Shown in pieces: positions 13,501 through 26,750 of a stretch of DNA of 64,000 bases; positions within the stretch are counted from its first letter, which is position 1, and each line of letters begins with the position of its first letter. Source of the stretch: Dipteris shenzhenensis (lineage: Eukaryota). Position numbers and translations under genes: made by a program. The DNA lies in NCBI GenBank assembly GCA_047967505.1, contig CM106538.1, one strand, 5' to 3'. The notes beneath the pieces were generated by a model. It did not search any database. It saw only the letters and a program-made list of their open reading frames with translations, and had not been told where the DNA came from.

Positions 13501-14093
13501 TTATGGTTGGGTTAAAGGGAATCCAAAATGATGCTGCAAAGACGACCTTGCTAGACATGCAGGAAATGTTGCAGTTTGCCAAGGAGTCTATTAGAAGTGC
13601 CGAAGATCGGGATAGATTTTATGCTAATAGACATCGTTCACCTAGAGAGTTCTCTGAAGGAACGATGGTATATTTGCGAATTCCCAAGGAATCCAAGAGC
13701 CTAAGTACTGGTTTGGTTCCGAAGTTATCCCCCAAATACTGTGGTCCGTTCAAGGTCATTAAAAGAATTGGACCAGTTGCATATCGACTAGAATTGCCTC
13801 CTGATGCTAAAGTATATCCAGTATTTCATGTCAGTAGACTGAAAGAAGTATTGGGTACGGATGATCAGCTTGTTTCTCCTCAAGAAATAATAGAAGTTAC
13901 TGATTTGACTTTTATTCCCCACGAACCTGAGTATATTCTTGAATTTTGTGAAAGACAGATTCGTAATAGAACTATCACGAAATACAAGATCAAGTGGAAG
14001 GATCAAGTTGAGGAGGATGCAACATGGGAGACATTACACAACCTCCAAAGGACATTCCCGGGTATTTTAGCGAACTCAGGAGTGAGTTCTTAA
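10584..14093 (+). pseudogene. pol of B: protease, RT, RNase H, integrase, chromodomain (stops and frameshifts)
   Basis: KKKDSTWRMCID, VFLDDILVYS, EADASDFAIGA, ISMDFITGLP, IVSDRD, YCGPF, chromodomain EPEYIL..YKIKWKD..ATWE. Confidence 0.95.
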
Positions 14094-14106
14094 AGGAGGG
14101 GAAGTA

Positions 14107-14636
14107 TGTCATGTGCATGGATTGGTATCCGACGTGTGCTAGGTACACAAGACTAGCTCAGGTAGCCTGGGGAGGCTTAGAGCTAGGCAGGCTTGATTCT
14201 CGGGTTGAGTGGCAAGGGTACGGACCAGTTAGAGGTCTTCGCTATTTTTGGCGCTTGGGGCCCAAGTCTATATAAGGGGCCCAGGGGTTCAGTTCTCAGA
14301 GAGCCGATGGGAGCAAGTTTCGTTCCCAGGTGCTAGGTCTGATCCTGGATTGAGTCGTGGACGCGCGCCTGCATCATAGTGTAGCCCAAGGCCCAGCAGC
14401 AGATCCCAGGCTTCACAACGCCACCTGGTGGTATGGGATACCAGGCGGGTTAGGATCTGGTTGGGAGTTCGTGCCAGTAGCTCAACTCGTGGCTCGGAGG
14501 GGACATCTTTTGATTCGGGATCACATCCTGTAGATGTCATGGTTGGGTGGTGAGCAGCCTGCTCAGTTTCCTCACGTTGTGTGTGTTCTTGTGTTTGCTT
14601 GCAGATCAGAGGTTTCAGGAGTGCTAGGACATGTCA
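14107..14636 (+). repeat. 3' LTR of B
   Basis: TGTCA..TGTCA after PPT; TATATAA at ~14269. Confidence 0.92.
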
Positions 14637-17120
14637 TGTTTGATGCCCCAAGTTCTTTGGACACATCTCAGGATGAGATGGCAAATACACATGATGCAAA
14701 TGAGGCTCCTGACACTAGAGCCACGAAGGGCACTGACTTTCCTTTTGATCCGGGTGGTGCTACTACGCATGACACTTATGCTTCGCATTCGTATGAGACT
14801 CAGTCCACTGGTGGCATGAGAGGCCGTAGGCCAACACTCTTTTCTGTGGAGCATCACAATGCGATACCTTTTTATACACGTGAAGATGCAGGTGGTAATG
14901 CTCCTGTGAACAAGGATGAGGTTTATTGGGATGCCCAGCCAACACTTTATACTATTTCCATGCATGCCCTGATGGGTGCCAAAAGTGTTGATACTATCAG
15001 ATTAACAGGATGATTAATGGCAGGATTGTGCATGTGTTGGTGGACAGCAGTAGCACCCACAGTTTCGTTAACTGCAAGACCTTACAGAGGGTGGGACTGA
15101 TTGCTACTGAGATAGACCATGGGCTGAGAGTAGAAGTGGCCAATGGACAGCATATGATCAGTAGATCTTGTTGCCAAGATGCAAGGATTAAGTTCTCTAA
15201 TGACTATACATTTGCAGGTGATCTCTTAGCACTTGACATGGGCCCAATAGATGTTGTCTTGGGCTGGGATTGGTTGCAATCACTGGGCAAAATCAGCATG
15301 GATTTCAATACCTTAACACTCAGCTTTGTCCACAGGGATGGATCAGTTACATTGCATGGTATTGCAGCTCCTAAATTGCAGGTCATTTCAGCAAGGCAGT
15401 TGGCCAAAGAGCTCAAGAGGGGCAGCCCCATATATGCATTAAATGTGTCAGTAACTAAAGAGGGTGGCGACTCCCCGTGTTGATGATTGTGATATGCAGA
15501 GATTGCTCTCAAAGTTTGCAGATGTGTTTGCTGATTTGCCATCACAGTTGCCTCCGAGAAGAGATGTAGATCATGCCATAGTCCTGAAACCTGGCAGTAA
15601 GCCAATCAATAAGGCCTCATACCGACTCTCTAAGGTAGAACGGGAAGAAGTGGCAACTCAAGTGAGGGACTTACTTTAGAAGAGTTTCATCACTCATAGC
15701 ACTTCTCCTTTTGCATCCCCTGAGCTCCTGGTGAAAAAGAAGGATGGTTCTTACCGTATGTGCATTGACTACAGAGACTTGAATAAGGTCACCATCAAAA
15801 ACAGGTTTCCAATCCCCAGGATAGATGACCTGTTGGATGAACTCAAGGGTGCTCAGTATTTTTAAGCATCATGGTTTCCCTCAGGAGATTGTCAGCGACA
15901 AAGATGAAAGATTTATGGGTCACTTTTGGCAGGAATTATTTACAGCAGTGGGTACTTCTCTAACACCTAGCACTGCTTACCACCCTGAGACAGATGAACA
16001 GTCAGAAAGGGTGAACAAATGGCTAGAGGAGTATTTGAGGCATTTCTGTCATGACACACAGAAGTCTTGGGATAAGTGGTTGGCACTTGCTGAATTTTGT
16101 TACAACAGTACAAAGCACATCTCTATTGGCATGAGCCCTTTCGAGGCTATGTATGGATGCACAATGGGTATGCCATCTTTAGTTGCAGATATGGCTGTGA
16201 AAAATCAGCAAGCAAGAAATGACTTGGAGAGCATGGATGCCCTTCTGCAATTGGCTAAAAAGAATATGCAAGATGCCCAAGCCAAGCAGAAGAAGTATGT
16301 GGATGAACACAGGAGGTATCTGTCTTTTGAAGTAGGGGATTATGTGCACTTATGCCTCCATAAGAACCGTTATGCCTCGCTGAAAGGTAACACCAACACG
16401 AAGCTTGCTCATAGGTATTACAGTCCATACAGGATCATCCGCAAAGTTGGCGAGGTGGCGTATGAGTTGGAGCTACCTAGGACCTCCAGGATTCATAATG
16501 TTTTCCATGTGTCCTTGCTGAAGCCACATGTCGGACAGCATGTCCAAGTCCTTCCTGAGCTACCACCTATGGATGAGGAGGGCCACATACTCTATGTTCC
16601 GGAGCGCATCATGGGTTTCAGGGATCACGTACTCCGAAACAAAGTCTATCAAATGGCACGGACTCCCTGAGGATGAGAACTCATGGCAGCCAGAGAGCAT
16701 TGTCCAGGACAACCCCTATCTCCTACCGGGCTGACTATTATTTGCTGTTTGCTGCACCTATTTAACAGCCCGCATATAAAGTTTTGAGGGCAAAATTCTA
16801 TGGGAAGGGATGGCTGTAATGAAGGGGAAAAAGAGGCCAAGTTAGAGGCCCTTTTGGTGGAAAATGTGGAGGGACTATATAAGTCTCCATCCACCCCACA
16901 CTATGTACTTTTTGATGTGACATCTAATCTTATCTACTCTCCTTCCTCCTTCCTACCTACGCTCACTCACTCTCTCTCTCTTTTCCCTACTCCCTCTCAA
17001 TCTCTCCCTCTCTTTCCTACCTCATTCTCTCTCCTACCCCTTCTCCTCCCTTCTTCCCCTATCTCTCTCTCCTTCTGCTAGTCTATCCCCCTTTTCCAAA
17101 TCTGTCCCTACCCCCTTTTC
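14637..17120 (+). mobile_element. Element A pol remainder (protease, RT start fused to integrase, chromodomain) and start of 3' LTR
   Basis: [26 protein letters not shown] joined to [29 protein letters not shown] then TGTAAT at 16815; LTR end not found; linkage to the gag at 1-1661 is inferred. Confidence 0.85.
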
Positions 17121-19600
17121 TACACCTAAAAGAGGGATATTTAATGAAGGATAACTGCCTATGTATCACCCGAGATATGAGACAAAAGATTTTGGAGAAA
17201 TGCCATACACCTCCATACGCTTGGCATAGAGCCATTACAGCTACCCACTCAGGCTTTAGAGAGGTATTTTTACTGGCCAGCCATGCGTAAGGATATACAC
17301 AAAGTATGTGACAGAATGCCTCACTTGTCAAAAAGTCAAGTATGATAGACAGAACCCACCCGGCCTACTAATACCTCTTCCTGTGCCTCAAGAACCATGG
17401 GAACGTATAGCAATGGACTTCATCTTTGATTTGCCACGATTAAAGTTAGGGAATGAAGGGATATGGACTATCACTGATAGATTCAGCAAACAGGTCCATT
17501 TCATTCCAGTACGCAAAACCATGAAGGCAGATCATACGGCCAAGGTTTTTATGGCACACATCTTTATACATCATGGCATGCCAAAGTCCATTGTCAGTGA
17601 CCGAGACCCCAAGATGACCAACCTATTCTGGAGAGCCTTATTTGACAATATGGGGATGAATCTGAAGTACTGCTCCAGCTGGTGATGATATGAGGGCTGA
17701 GGGGGGGCCTATATATAGCCCCCCAACCCCTCCCTAGTCGGGTATAGCAGGCTGGCAGACCAGCCTGAATAGTGGCCAAAAAACCAGGCCATTTGGCCGA
17801 CCCCCCTCCAGCATACAAAGGGGCTGCACACATGCCTATATAGGGGCACCCCTCACAGTACACTACCCTCACAGGAGGAGGGCACACCCACAACAGAGGC
17901 CCTCACTCATCTACCCTAACCTCACACAGGGCGGGCACACCCACAAGCAAGGCCCTCTCTCTCTAGGTGGCATCAGAAGATGTTGACCTCCAACAAAAGT
18001 ACCTCCCTCTCGTGGAGTTTGCATATAACAATTCAATTCACAGCTCCACATGGAAAGTCCCATTTGAGGTCATTTATGGAAAGGTCATTCTGCCACCAAT
18101 CCTAAGGACCAAAGACAACATTTTTGCATCTGATCAGTATGTTGGAGATCTCTAGACAGCATTCAGCCAAGCAAGCACAAGAAAGTTGTAGATAAGCACA
18201 AGAGATAGCTAGATCTTAAGGAAGGGGATTGGGTACTTTTAAAGTTTGAAAAAGTCAGGCTCCGCAAGCTTAAGGGCAAAGAGAAAGTGTATGCCAAGTT
18301 CTCTCCCAAGTACTATGGCCCTTTCAGGGTTTCAAATGAGATTAATGAGGTTGCATACAGATTGGAACTGCCAGAGCATCTGAAGGTTCACAATGCCTTT
18401 CAAGTGAGTCCTCTAAAGAAATATCAAGGGCCGGAGCCTATAATGGAACATCCACCAAAAGTGGAAGAACTAGAGGAAATTCTCCAGCCAGAACAGATTG
18501 TGTATTATAAGGCAAGGTATTTTACAGGTACCTTGTCAAGTTCAAGAATTACTCGGCATTGAATGCAAAGTGGATGGATGAAGACATGTTGTTTGACTAT
18601 CCGCAAGTTCTCGATATTTACAAAGACGTTTTCCAATTGAGGTCAACTGAATAGAAGCCAAGGGGATGTCACCAAGCTGTAAATATTCCAAGTCAAATGT
18701 TGAGTTGACCTTTAATGTGACCATAGTTAATGAGTTTTGAGTTTATTTTAATTATGGTCAAAGAGTTCTTTTAATTGGTCAAAAAATTGACTTCAAGCCA
18801 AGAGTTCTTTTTGGTTTATTTTAATCAGGATCAAAGAGTTCTTTCAATTGATCAAAGAACTAACTTCAACCCAAGAGGGTTGACTTTGGTCAACCAAGAT
18901 GTTCCAACCTCGGTTGGAGAGACTTGATTAGAACTAAGGCTCACTCTCAGTCAAAGCCCTTAATTATAGTCAAAGAGATTGACCCCAGTCAACCAGAGAA
19001 TTATTGTTTGTGCGTATGCATTGGTTTGCTGGTGGGGATGCCCACAAAGACTAGAAATTAGTCTAGAGATTTATTTTTCATGCAAAGGCTAACAAATAAT
19101 GGGTGCAATGGCTATGTGCTTTATTTAATTGTTGCAGGTACAAGAGAGGGGTAAATTGCCCTATTTTTAAGGAGCTAAGGCTGCCTATGAAGAGGAGATC
19201 ACAAGAGCATGTGACCAAAGGCTTGGAAGCCTCTATAGCTGCCAATCTATTTGGCATGTAACTAGGCAATTGATACGTGGCAATTGCCAAGACTGGAGAG
19301 CCCTCTCTCCCTTAAAATCTCATTTTTCTCACGTTTGTAAGGATCAGCTTCCGAGCTGCAGATTGTACTCAGGTTTTTTAATCAATCAGAAATACAAACC
19401 TTTCAAGGGGTCCAGGCCATGTTGGTAAGAGAGAGAGAGAGAGAGAGCCAGCCATTTGTAGAGCAAAAGATTGTGCACAAGAATTGACGAATACTTTTCT
19501 AATCGAAGCGTCGTTATGAAGCGTGAATAAAGCATTTAAGGTTTCATTGTCTGTCCTGAAAACTCTATCGTGCTGTTGTTAGTACCACCGGAGGATTACC
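17121..19600 (+). mobile_element. Decayed chromovirus C: integrase, chromodomain, PPT, 3' LTR from 18667
   Basis: CLTCQKVK, IAMDFIFDLP, IVSDRD, YYGPF, YLVKFKNY..KWM; right end approximate. Confidence 0.8.
17683..17975. mobile_element. Solo-LTR-like insert in the integrase of C
   Basis: TGATG...CATCA termini, TATATATA; no TSD. Confidence 0.6.
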
Positions 19601-20404
19601 CACTTGAGAGCTCATCTGGAGCTCATAGTCTAGGACTTCTGGAAACACACTTAGCTTTGGAGGCCTCTATGGATCACCTATTGGGATCTCGTTGCTCAGG
19701 CAAAGGATTTGTTTATGGATTTAGCCAAAGTGAAGACAGTTCATCATGCATGCAATGTTTGAAAGAAAGCAATGAATCTTCAAATGAATGTCACAAGCAC
19801 ATGCATGCACAAATTTGGGAGCACAGTGCTTGGAAGAATCCAGGCTGTCCTCACATTCTGAGGGGAACAACTAGATGTGGTTTGTACCAAGATTGCTCAA
19901 GAACAATAGCGGACTCGTAACCAAAGATGGTGCTCCCCTACAATGTCATCCAAGTATATGGACTCCTTAAATTGTCTCCTTTCTCGTGCGGGATCTACTC
20001 ATAGGTTTATGAAATCCCAGTTGTAGTTGATTCCTCCATTCTTTGGCCACGTGGTGGTAGTCTGTTCGTTGCTAGGACAATGATTGCTTCTGACCTTTAT
20101 AGACCAGCCATCATGCACATCCAAGTGTTGGCCTTGTAAGTGATTTGCAGCACGTCTCATGCCATTGAAGCAGCAAGAAGGAATCCAGGGAGTTTGCGAC
20201 AAATTTCATGGAGAGGTGATGTTGAATAAGGTCTCTGCTGATGTCACTACTAATGGGTCCTTGGTTCTAGTATCATGTTCAAGTTCCCTGTATAAGCGTA
20301 CTATATGAACATGCATGTGGCTCTTAAATACCCCTGAACTGTCGATGTATCTGTGCATGCCTACATCCGCTCGCTAAGCACACAATATGAAAATAGTACA
20401 TTAC

Positions 20405-20500
20405 CTGCTGCGTAATTTCTTCGCCTGCTTTCCTCACAAACAACACCTCCGATTCCAAAACCGGGAAATCCACTTCTTCGAATGCAAATAACCTGGACAC
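20405..20500 (-). CDS. HisRS: Organellar histidyl-tRNA synthetase, exon 2
   Basis: VSRLFAFEEVDFPVLESEVLFVRKAGEEITQQ; AAG acceptor, GTAATG donor, 96 nt, phase 0. Confidence 0.9.
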
Positions 20501-20662
20501 CTTTGGGTCAACAAGAATAATCATATCCTGCTCAGAAAGCATAGAGAGTACAAACCCACGACCCTGCCGAGACGTTGTTACTCTCCGTTCGTCACCCTCT
20601 TCTATTTGAACGTCTCCTCTGATTTCTAAAGGCCGCAAAGTCTGATAACGTGAGTATCTCAC

Positions 20663-21067
20663 CTCCCTAAACTTTGTGAAGAGCCAACTGCGAAGTCGCA
20701 TTTCGTCGGGTGGGAAGTCTCGAGTACCGCGAGGCGGATTGTAATCGATGATCTCGTCTTGAGTGGGGGGAGGAGGAGGACCGGCAGAAGCGGGTCCTCT
20801 GCCAACGTCGTGGGAAGCAGCAGCGACGGTGTCCAAGGTGCGACATCTGGGCAGGGCTGGAGATGGGGAAGGAAAGGAAATCAGCGGGGGGAAAGAGGAA
20901 AAAGGGAAGCAAGGTAAAGGAGGATGAAAATACCTGGGAGGAGGGAGGAGGGAGAGGTCTGGAGGATGGAGGAGGCAAGGTGGAGGTGCCATGGACGTGA
21001 GAGGGGGGAAGGAGGGGAGGGCAGGAGTAAGCGAATGCGCAGGGCTGCAGCTCGCGAGAGAGGCCAT
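20663..21067 (-). CDS. HisRS: Organellar histidyl-tRNA synthetase, exon 1 with transit peptide
   Basis: MASLASCS.. S/P-rich transit peptide, then IDYNPPRGTRDFPPDEMRLRSWLFTKFRE and GTGAG donor; CpG-rich. Confidence 0.9.
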
Positions 21068-22141
21068 GGACTCGTAGAGCACGAACAAGCACAGGAACAA
21101 CTCAACAGCCTCATCTTTCTTCCTCCTCCTCCCTCTCTCTCTCTCTCTCTCTCTAATAAGTATATATAATCCGCACTCATGGGACTCCTCAGTAAATCCC
21201 ACAGGATTCTCCCCACCACCGGCTCTCATGCCCGAAGCCAAATCTCCCCGGATTTGCTTCATTTGACCCCTAAATGGCCGGATCCCCCCCAAGAGAAGGC
21301 CTTTCTCGGCCGTCACGTGACACTTGGCGGTATCGTGCCACTCCCACATGGCATTTTCGGCCCTCGATTTTTGGATGCCACTTTTTGCATTTTTGAGTCA
21401 CGTGATGAGATTAGATCTCCACCGACCCTCAACCTGTATATACTCGTAGGGGACTCATCGTGTTGCGGCAACACAACATGATTGTCCCAAGTTCAACCAA
21501 CCTGCAAGCAATAGCAAACCCAAGTGCATTGCATGTTCATGTGTCACCACCTGCTGCGAGCGGCGGCGGTGCACCTTCTCCTTCTCCCTCTCTAAGCATT
21601 TTGGGGGACCGGAGAAGCATGCATGTACATTATATTTACTAATCCACAGCAATAGGACCCCCCAGTTAGTAGAAATTCCAATTAGTTAGGGATCGCGGTG
21701 TGGGGGGTGTGGGGGGAGGGGGGGTATGCATTGCTATATGATGTGTGGCAGCCACAATACATGGCTGACCATGTGGTTTCTAGAGGCATCCAACCTCACT
21801 AAAGAGGAGGAGGGAGTAAAGGAGGCAATCATTTGATCGACCTCCCTAGAGATGATTTCCACGACCTCCCACGATGTCGCCAACTGCAAGGTAGTGTTTA
21901 AATCAGATGTTGTGGAGGAGTACGAGAAGTGTGATGCGGAGATCGGGCATGAAAGGGAAGATGATGGCCAGGCAACACGTTGCAGCAGAGGAGTGCGAGG
22001 TTGATGCCAATGACAGAGATCTTGATGTTTTGGATGACGTGTGGGAGACAATAACAACATGCTTTTGTAAGTTTTGAGTTGTTTTGGATTTTGGGTAGCA
22101 CGGAGAGAAACGCAAGAGTAACCTTTGTATGTGTGTTTTAG

Positions 22142-23153
22142 GATAAAGCGTGGGAGAGGAAGGCCTCCGAAGGTGAAGGGGAAGACATCGGGTCCTAGAG
22201 TCTTTGAGCTAAGCGTGACGGTGGGTGTGATATTGATATAATTGTGTTGTCAAAAGTGGAGGCTTTTTTTAAAGAGGCATGCGTCTCGGGTTTTTGCACT
22301 GTGGAAAGAGGAGGGGCCTTGTCCCATTTGCATCTTCAGATTGTTTATGCGTGTGTACGCTCGCAGCATAGTGTCAAATAATAGGATGATAAAGAAATAC
22401 ATCGGGTGGGATGTCAGTAAACTGGTAGGAGCCGTGATCATGTGCCGTCAGTTGAAACAACGTAACATGCACACATTTCATGGCATGTTAGGCTACTGCT
22501 TGAAGGACTTTGGGCAACCACACCTCAAAAGTGTGTCCAAGAATGTGAGTTTTGACGACTTGAAAGCTGGTATTGAGTTGTATGTAAGGTATGGTTCAGA
22601 TGAGATTAAAAATCGGGTGTGTTTGAGCAGCGCAAATGTCTTTGACCATTCTTGTAGGTTTTGAAAGTATAAGTTAGGAAGTAGAATTGGCACGACATTT
22701 AGCAGATGCCTACTCAAAATGCTGTGAATAGGTCAGTATTACCCGTCTGGTGCGTGGGTGATTCCATATGTGGGTAAAGGAATGGAGGCAGAGAAAGCAC
22801 AATCATTGTGGAAGGCGATGATCTCTCCCAACGCCTTGACAAGATCAAATGTTGGTACTATTTTCTTCTCCTGCGACTCCTGATCAGTGCAGCCTAGACT
22901 TGACAAGCACATCAAGGGAGTGCTGGACGTGCATGCTCCCAAATACTTCGACTTGGAAACTCCTTGCTCACCGGTGCTAACTGCTCGAAGTGATGGTCCT
23001 GTTGATGTTGTTGTGGGGACCTATGCTTGGGTGGAGAATGCTTTTGAAGACATGTTGCTGTGCCAGGAGAGCCCCTTGAATGCTGACACTGATGCAACTG
23101 CACCTCTTATGCACCATCCCGGTAAAGAGCCTCTTATGGAAGCCGATGATTAG
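22142..23153 (+). pseudogene. Replitron-type HUH (Rep) transposase, decayed
   Basis: FELSVTVG, VERGGALSHLHLQ (HUH 22325-22333), HTFHGMLGYCLKD (Tyr codon 22494), GQYYPSGAWVIP; frameshifts and stops; probable intron 22066-22141. Confidence 0.8.
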
Positions 23154-24269
23154 GATACGAGCAACAACAATATGATGGTGCCCGGCTTTCTTCCTTTGCT
23201 GACTAAGTATAGGAATGGGATACACATCAAAACCCAAATCTCCTTTGGTGATATCCTTCAAACCTTATGCATGCAAGAAACTCTGAGGTTCATAGTTTCT
23301 AGGAAGCTCATAGTTTTTTGGATTCTAGCTGTTCTTTTTTACCCCTTACTAGCCCTTCAATTTGGATAGGTCCCTACCTCATGGAGGTATCTTTTGTAAG
23401 AATAATAAATTTGAAACTCTATTTTTATAAACAAAATATATAATGGAATCTCTCCATTTTCTTTCATGCATGAATTCCAATTTTTCATCTATGTGCTTAA
23501 GTCCCACAACTTTGTTTGTAGGATGCTTTGTTCTTGATATTACATTAGTTATGTGGCTACCTCTATTTATGTATTGCAGTTTATTGGTCAGTAGGAGGTT
23601 TAGTACATATTTCTCGGGTACCTTAAATGATGTGTTTGATGTATTTACAAGAAACGTTGCCTCATAATGTGTTTGCACATCTGCTCATACCCATCATAGT
23701 ATGTGATGAACAGTTAAAGACACGGTTGCCTCCTAGGCTACTAGACGAAATACAGATGCCATGAGAGGGTATACAAAAGAGAGCAAATATTGATGCTAGA
23801 AGAAGAAGAAGTATCAAGAGATCGATCTAATGCCAACTCTAGAGAAGAATGATTGCAAAGCCCTTATAATGGTGTGCTACTGTGTTCTTTAAGGAGAAGG
23901 GCTCTAATTTCAAGGTATTCCTTGTCTTAAAAAGGTGGAATCAATGGGTATGAGAAAGTATGGATCTAGAATGATGGAGCATATTGTTTGCAAAGGTGCT
24001 TGGACAACATTTATTGTCATGGATGAGGAGGGATTAGAGGCATAGGTAATATTTTGGCAATAATAACATTTTGGATGAGGGATTCGAGGGGTAATGGTTT
24101 GGATGAGGGATTCATGGAGGAGGGAGACAAAAATGATGGCACTTCAACAAACGTGGGTTCACGTCCTAGGGTCAAACTTGGGCTTTGGCTTGGGTTCTCA
24201 TCCTAAACCTAGGCATAAACCTAAACCTTGGCTTGGCTCATCAACTGATAGAATGCTAGACCTAACCAA

Positions 24270-24430
24270 ATTTGCTTAGCGAGTCACCCCATTGTTGTAT
24301 TTCCATAGAAGTGCTTCTTCCCATTTGCTTAGCAACCACACCCCATTATCATATTTCTATACAAGCTAAATGTTGTCTCCTTCCCATTTGCTTAGTAGCC
24401 ATGCCCCCATTTGGTAGTTCCATACAAGTG
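24270..24430. repeat. Three degenerate 53-62 bp tandem units
   Basis: ATTTGCTTAG..CCCCATT recurs at ~24270, 24323, 24385. Confidence 0.6.
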
Positions 24431-24469
24431 TTTCTTCTAAACTACATGACCTTCTTTTGTGCAAGTTGT

Positions 24470-26750
24470 GAGGAGAGGCTACAAGTGAAACCAACTAGGC
24501 AACCATTGCAAGATTACCGAGGATAGCCTCTCTCAACATTTCAACCAAACACATGGTCGTTTCAATCTTTACTGAATGATTTTAGAGGGCCAAAAATGTA
24601 TTGACAAGAGAAGACTTCAAATTTTTCTACCCAATGATTCTAGGGACAACTATTATGAACTCAATGCCTCTTATGGACCATTTATCAAAACTGTGATGCT
24701 ACTAAATATAGATAACAAGGATGGCATCCCACTTTTGTTTGCTGATAAAGATAAGATTGCAGAGCAAATGAGGACTTCACTTTGATTTTCGAGGATGGAG
24801 AGGTGGAACGCCCTACATATATTTATGAGAATAATTTACATGAAAAAATATTGAGGTGCACTCCAAGGTGAATTATAGGAAGACACATAGTCAAGACTGA
24901 TGAGCATCATGTTGCTAGGCAACTTCCTACTCATTATAATGGGAACATTGTCTTTGAGTTGCCACCGGTGGATGCTAATGCTAGTGGTATGGATGGAATG
25001 CAACAATTATATGATCCTCACAATTGGTCAAGAACCAATCTTACTTCTCTTATGTCCTCAGGAGGATTGCGAAGGTGATGCTAAGCCCTTCTGGTGGATC
25101 TTTTGAATGCGCATTCCTCTATGTGGCTGTCTTCTGACTCGTGATAGGGTAAATGATCGACAATGGAAAGATAGAATAATTAAGTTGTGGATGTTGGAGA
25201 GGTTACCCACAAACATGGTAGTCTTGAGTGTTTGCAGCATGGTGAGCAACCTTTCTAGAAATCAAGATGTACACTATGAACCTGAAGATGTTGGCTTGAC
25301 AATACATGGTGGGTATTATAGCAATCCCATTGGCCAAGTGGAGAATAGGAAGAAAGTTAGCAAAGGCCACACAACTAGTTCAAGACAAGGTGAATGAAAT
25401 GCCAAATGCAGGGACATTTACAAAAGGAGTTGGCTGGGTAAATTGTATCCCACAATCTCTTATCTACAATGGAAATCGATGATATTTCAACTACAATGTC
25501 AATGAACATGTGGGAGGACATTCTTTGCCAATTGCAAGAAAGCACAAACCAAAGAAGGTGATTTAAAAATTATTATTGTTTGCATATTTATCTGCATGTT
25601 TTGTTGTGTTTGTGAAAAGTAAGGATACGGGAGATTTCTTTCAGGTTTCAAAGATGGATACATCAAGCACTAGATTCTTTGCATCCTAAGAGAGATTCTC
25701 TTGATTCCATCATGTACTTAAGAGAGCACTTGAGATATGATTTCCTATAAGGTTTCATGTTCCCAGGATAATCAAAAGAGGATTCACAATCTTGTTATGT
25801 CATGAAAATGTCCACAAAGGGTAGAGACTTTGGGTTGGATATAGTCAATCACCCGCATCCTAGAGGTCACCTTCAGAAATCTTGGGTGCATTTTGACCAT
25901 GTTCGTAAAGTTCGTGGTTGGACCACTATGGCAACTCATGTATATGATCCAAGTTTTGGATCTGCATCCCCATTACCTCCTTCATATGAGCTTTATTCAT
26001 ATGGAATCAAATTCTTATTTTCTTTTAAAAATGTTTGTAGCATGCGAGAGCTTCTAACCATTGCATCTTATGAGTTCGAAAAGGAGGGGACAGATTCCCA
26101 AGTACTATTTTGGACTATGCTAAATGATATTGGAAAGTGTGGATTCGGTAAACCTCAATCCTAGGGCAACATCAATGGGACCCATTTGCAAGGCAAAAAG
26201 ATCTTCTGTGAAATCATAATCATAAGAGACTCGGATCCGTGCATTCTGGCAACATAGCCTGCTAATCATATGTTGCCCATTAGCAACCTTAACTCACAAC
26301 CCAATCTCTATTGCAACAAGCCCCACCTTCTAGAGGGTCCTAGTGTTGATGGAACTATGTGTGCTCCCTCTATCCACAAGCATATGAACAACTTACTTCG
26401 AATGTCAACCCTCAATCTAAGTGTTCCAGCGCTCTAGGCACCATTAATGCATCAAAAGATATTGAGTAAATACAAGCTGTAAAATCAACCGTGGAAACCC
26501 TAAAATGAATTTGCAATTAGCTTGTAAAAAAAAATAATATGTAACTAACCCATATGCCCTAACACAGCACTTCATAGTGAATTTACAATCAGAGATGATG
26601 AAGCATAGGCCAATTGGTGGGTATTCGTACTGTTTATAATGGGGTTCCTAAAAATGTGATGGACCGCGGATAACACTCATGTATTTTTCATTGGGAGCAA
26701 GGCTTACAAAGAGTCACAAAAAAGTACATCTACCATAGATTTCAAGATAC
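24470..26750 (+). pseudogene. Decayed MULE-like DDE transposase, 5' part
   Basis: KMSTKG..WVHFDHVRKVRGWTTMATHVYDP, LLTIASYEFEKEGTDSQVLFW; left boundary approximate. Confidence 0.55.

Larger units (their letters stand above)
1662..14636 (+). mobile_element. Ty3/gypsy chromovirus B carrying three nested inserts
   Basis: LTR pair 1662-2081 / 14107-14636, tRNA-iMet PBS TGGTATCAGAGCC 2084-2096, PPT ~14092-14106, gag-PR-RT-RH-INT-chromodomain. Confidence 0.92.

Noticed and set aside
19600-20320. Possible LINE remnant or HisRS exon 3
   Set aside because: No HisRS motif and only a vague LINE-like trace
21068-21349. N-terminal extension of the 341-aa ORF
   Set aside because: Reads through a GA microsatellite in the leader/promoter; MASL at 21067 is a better start
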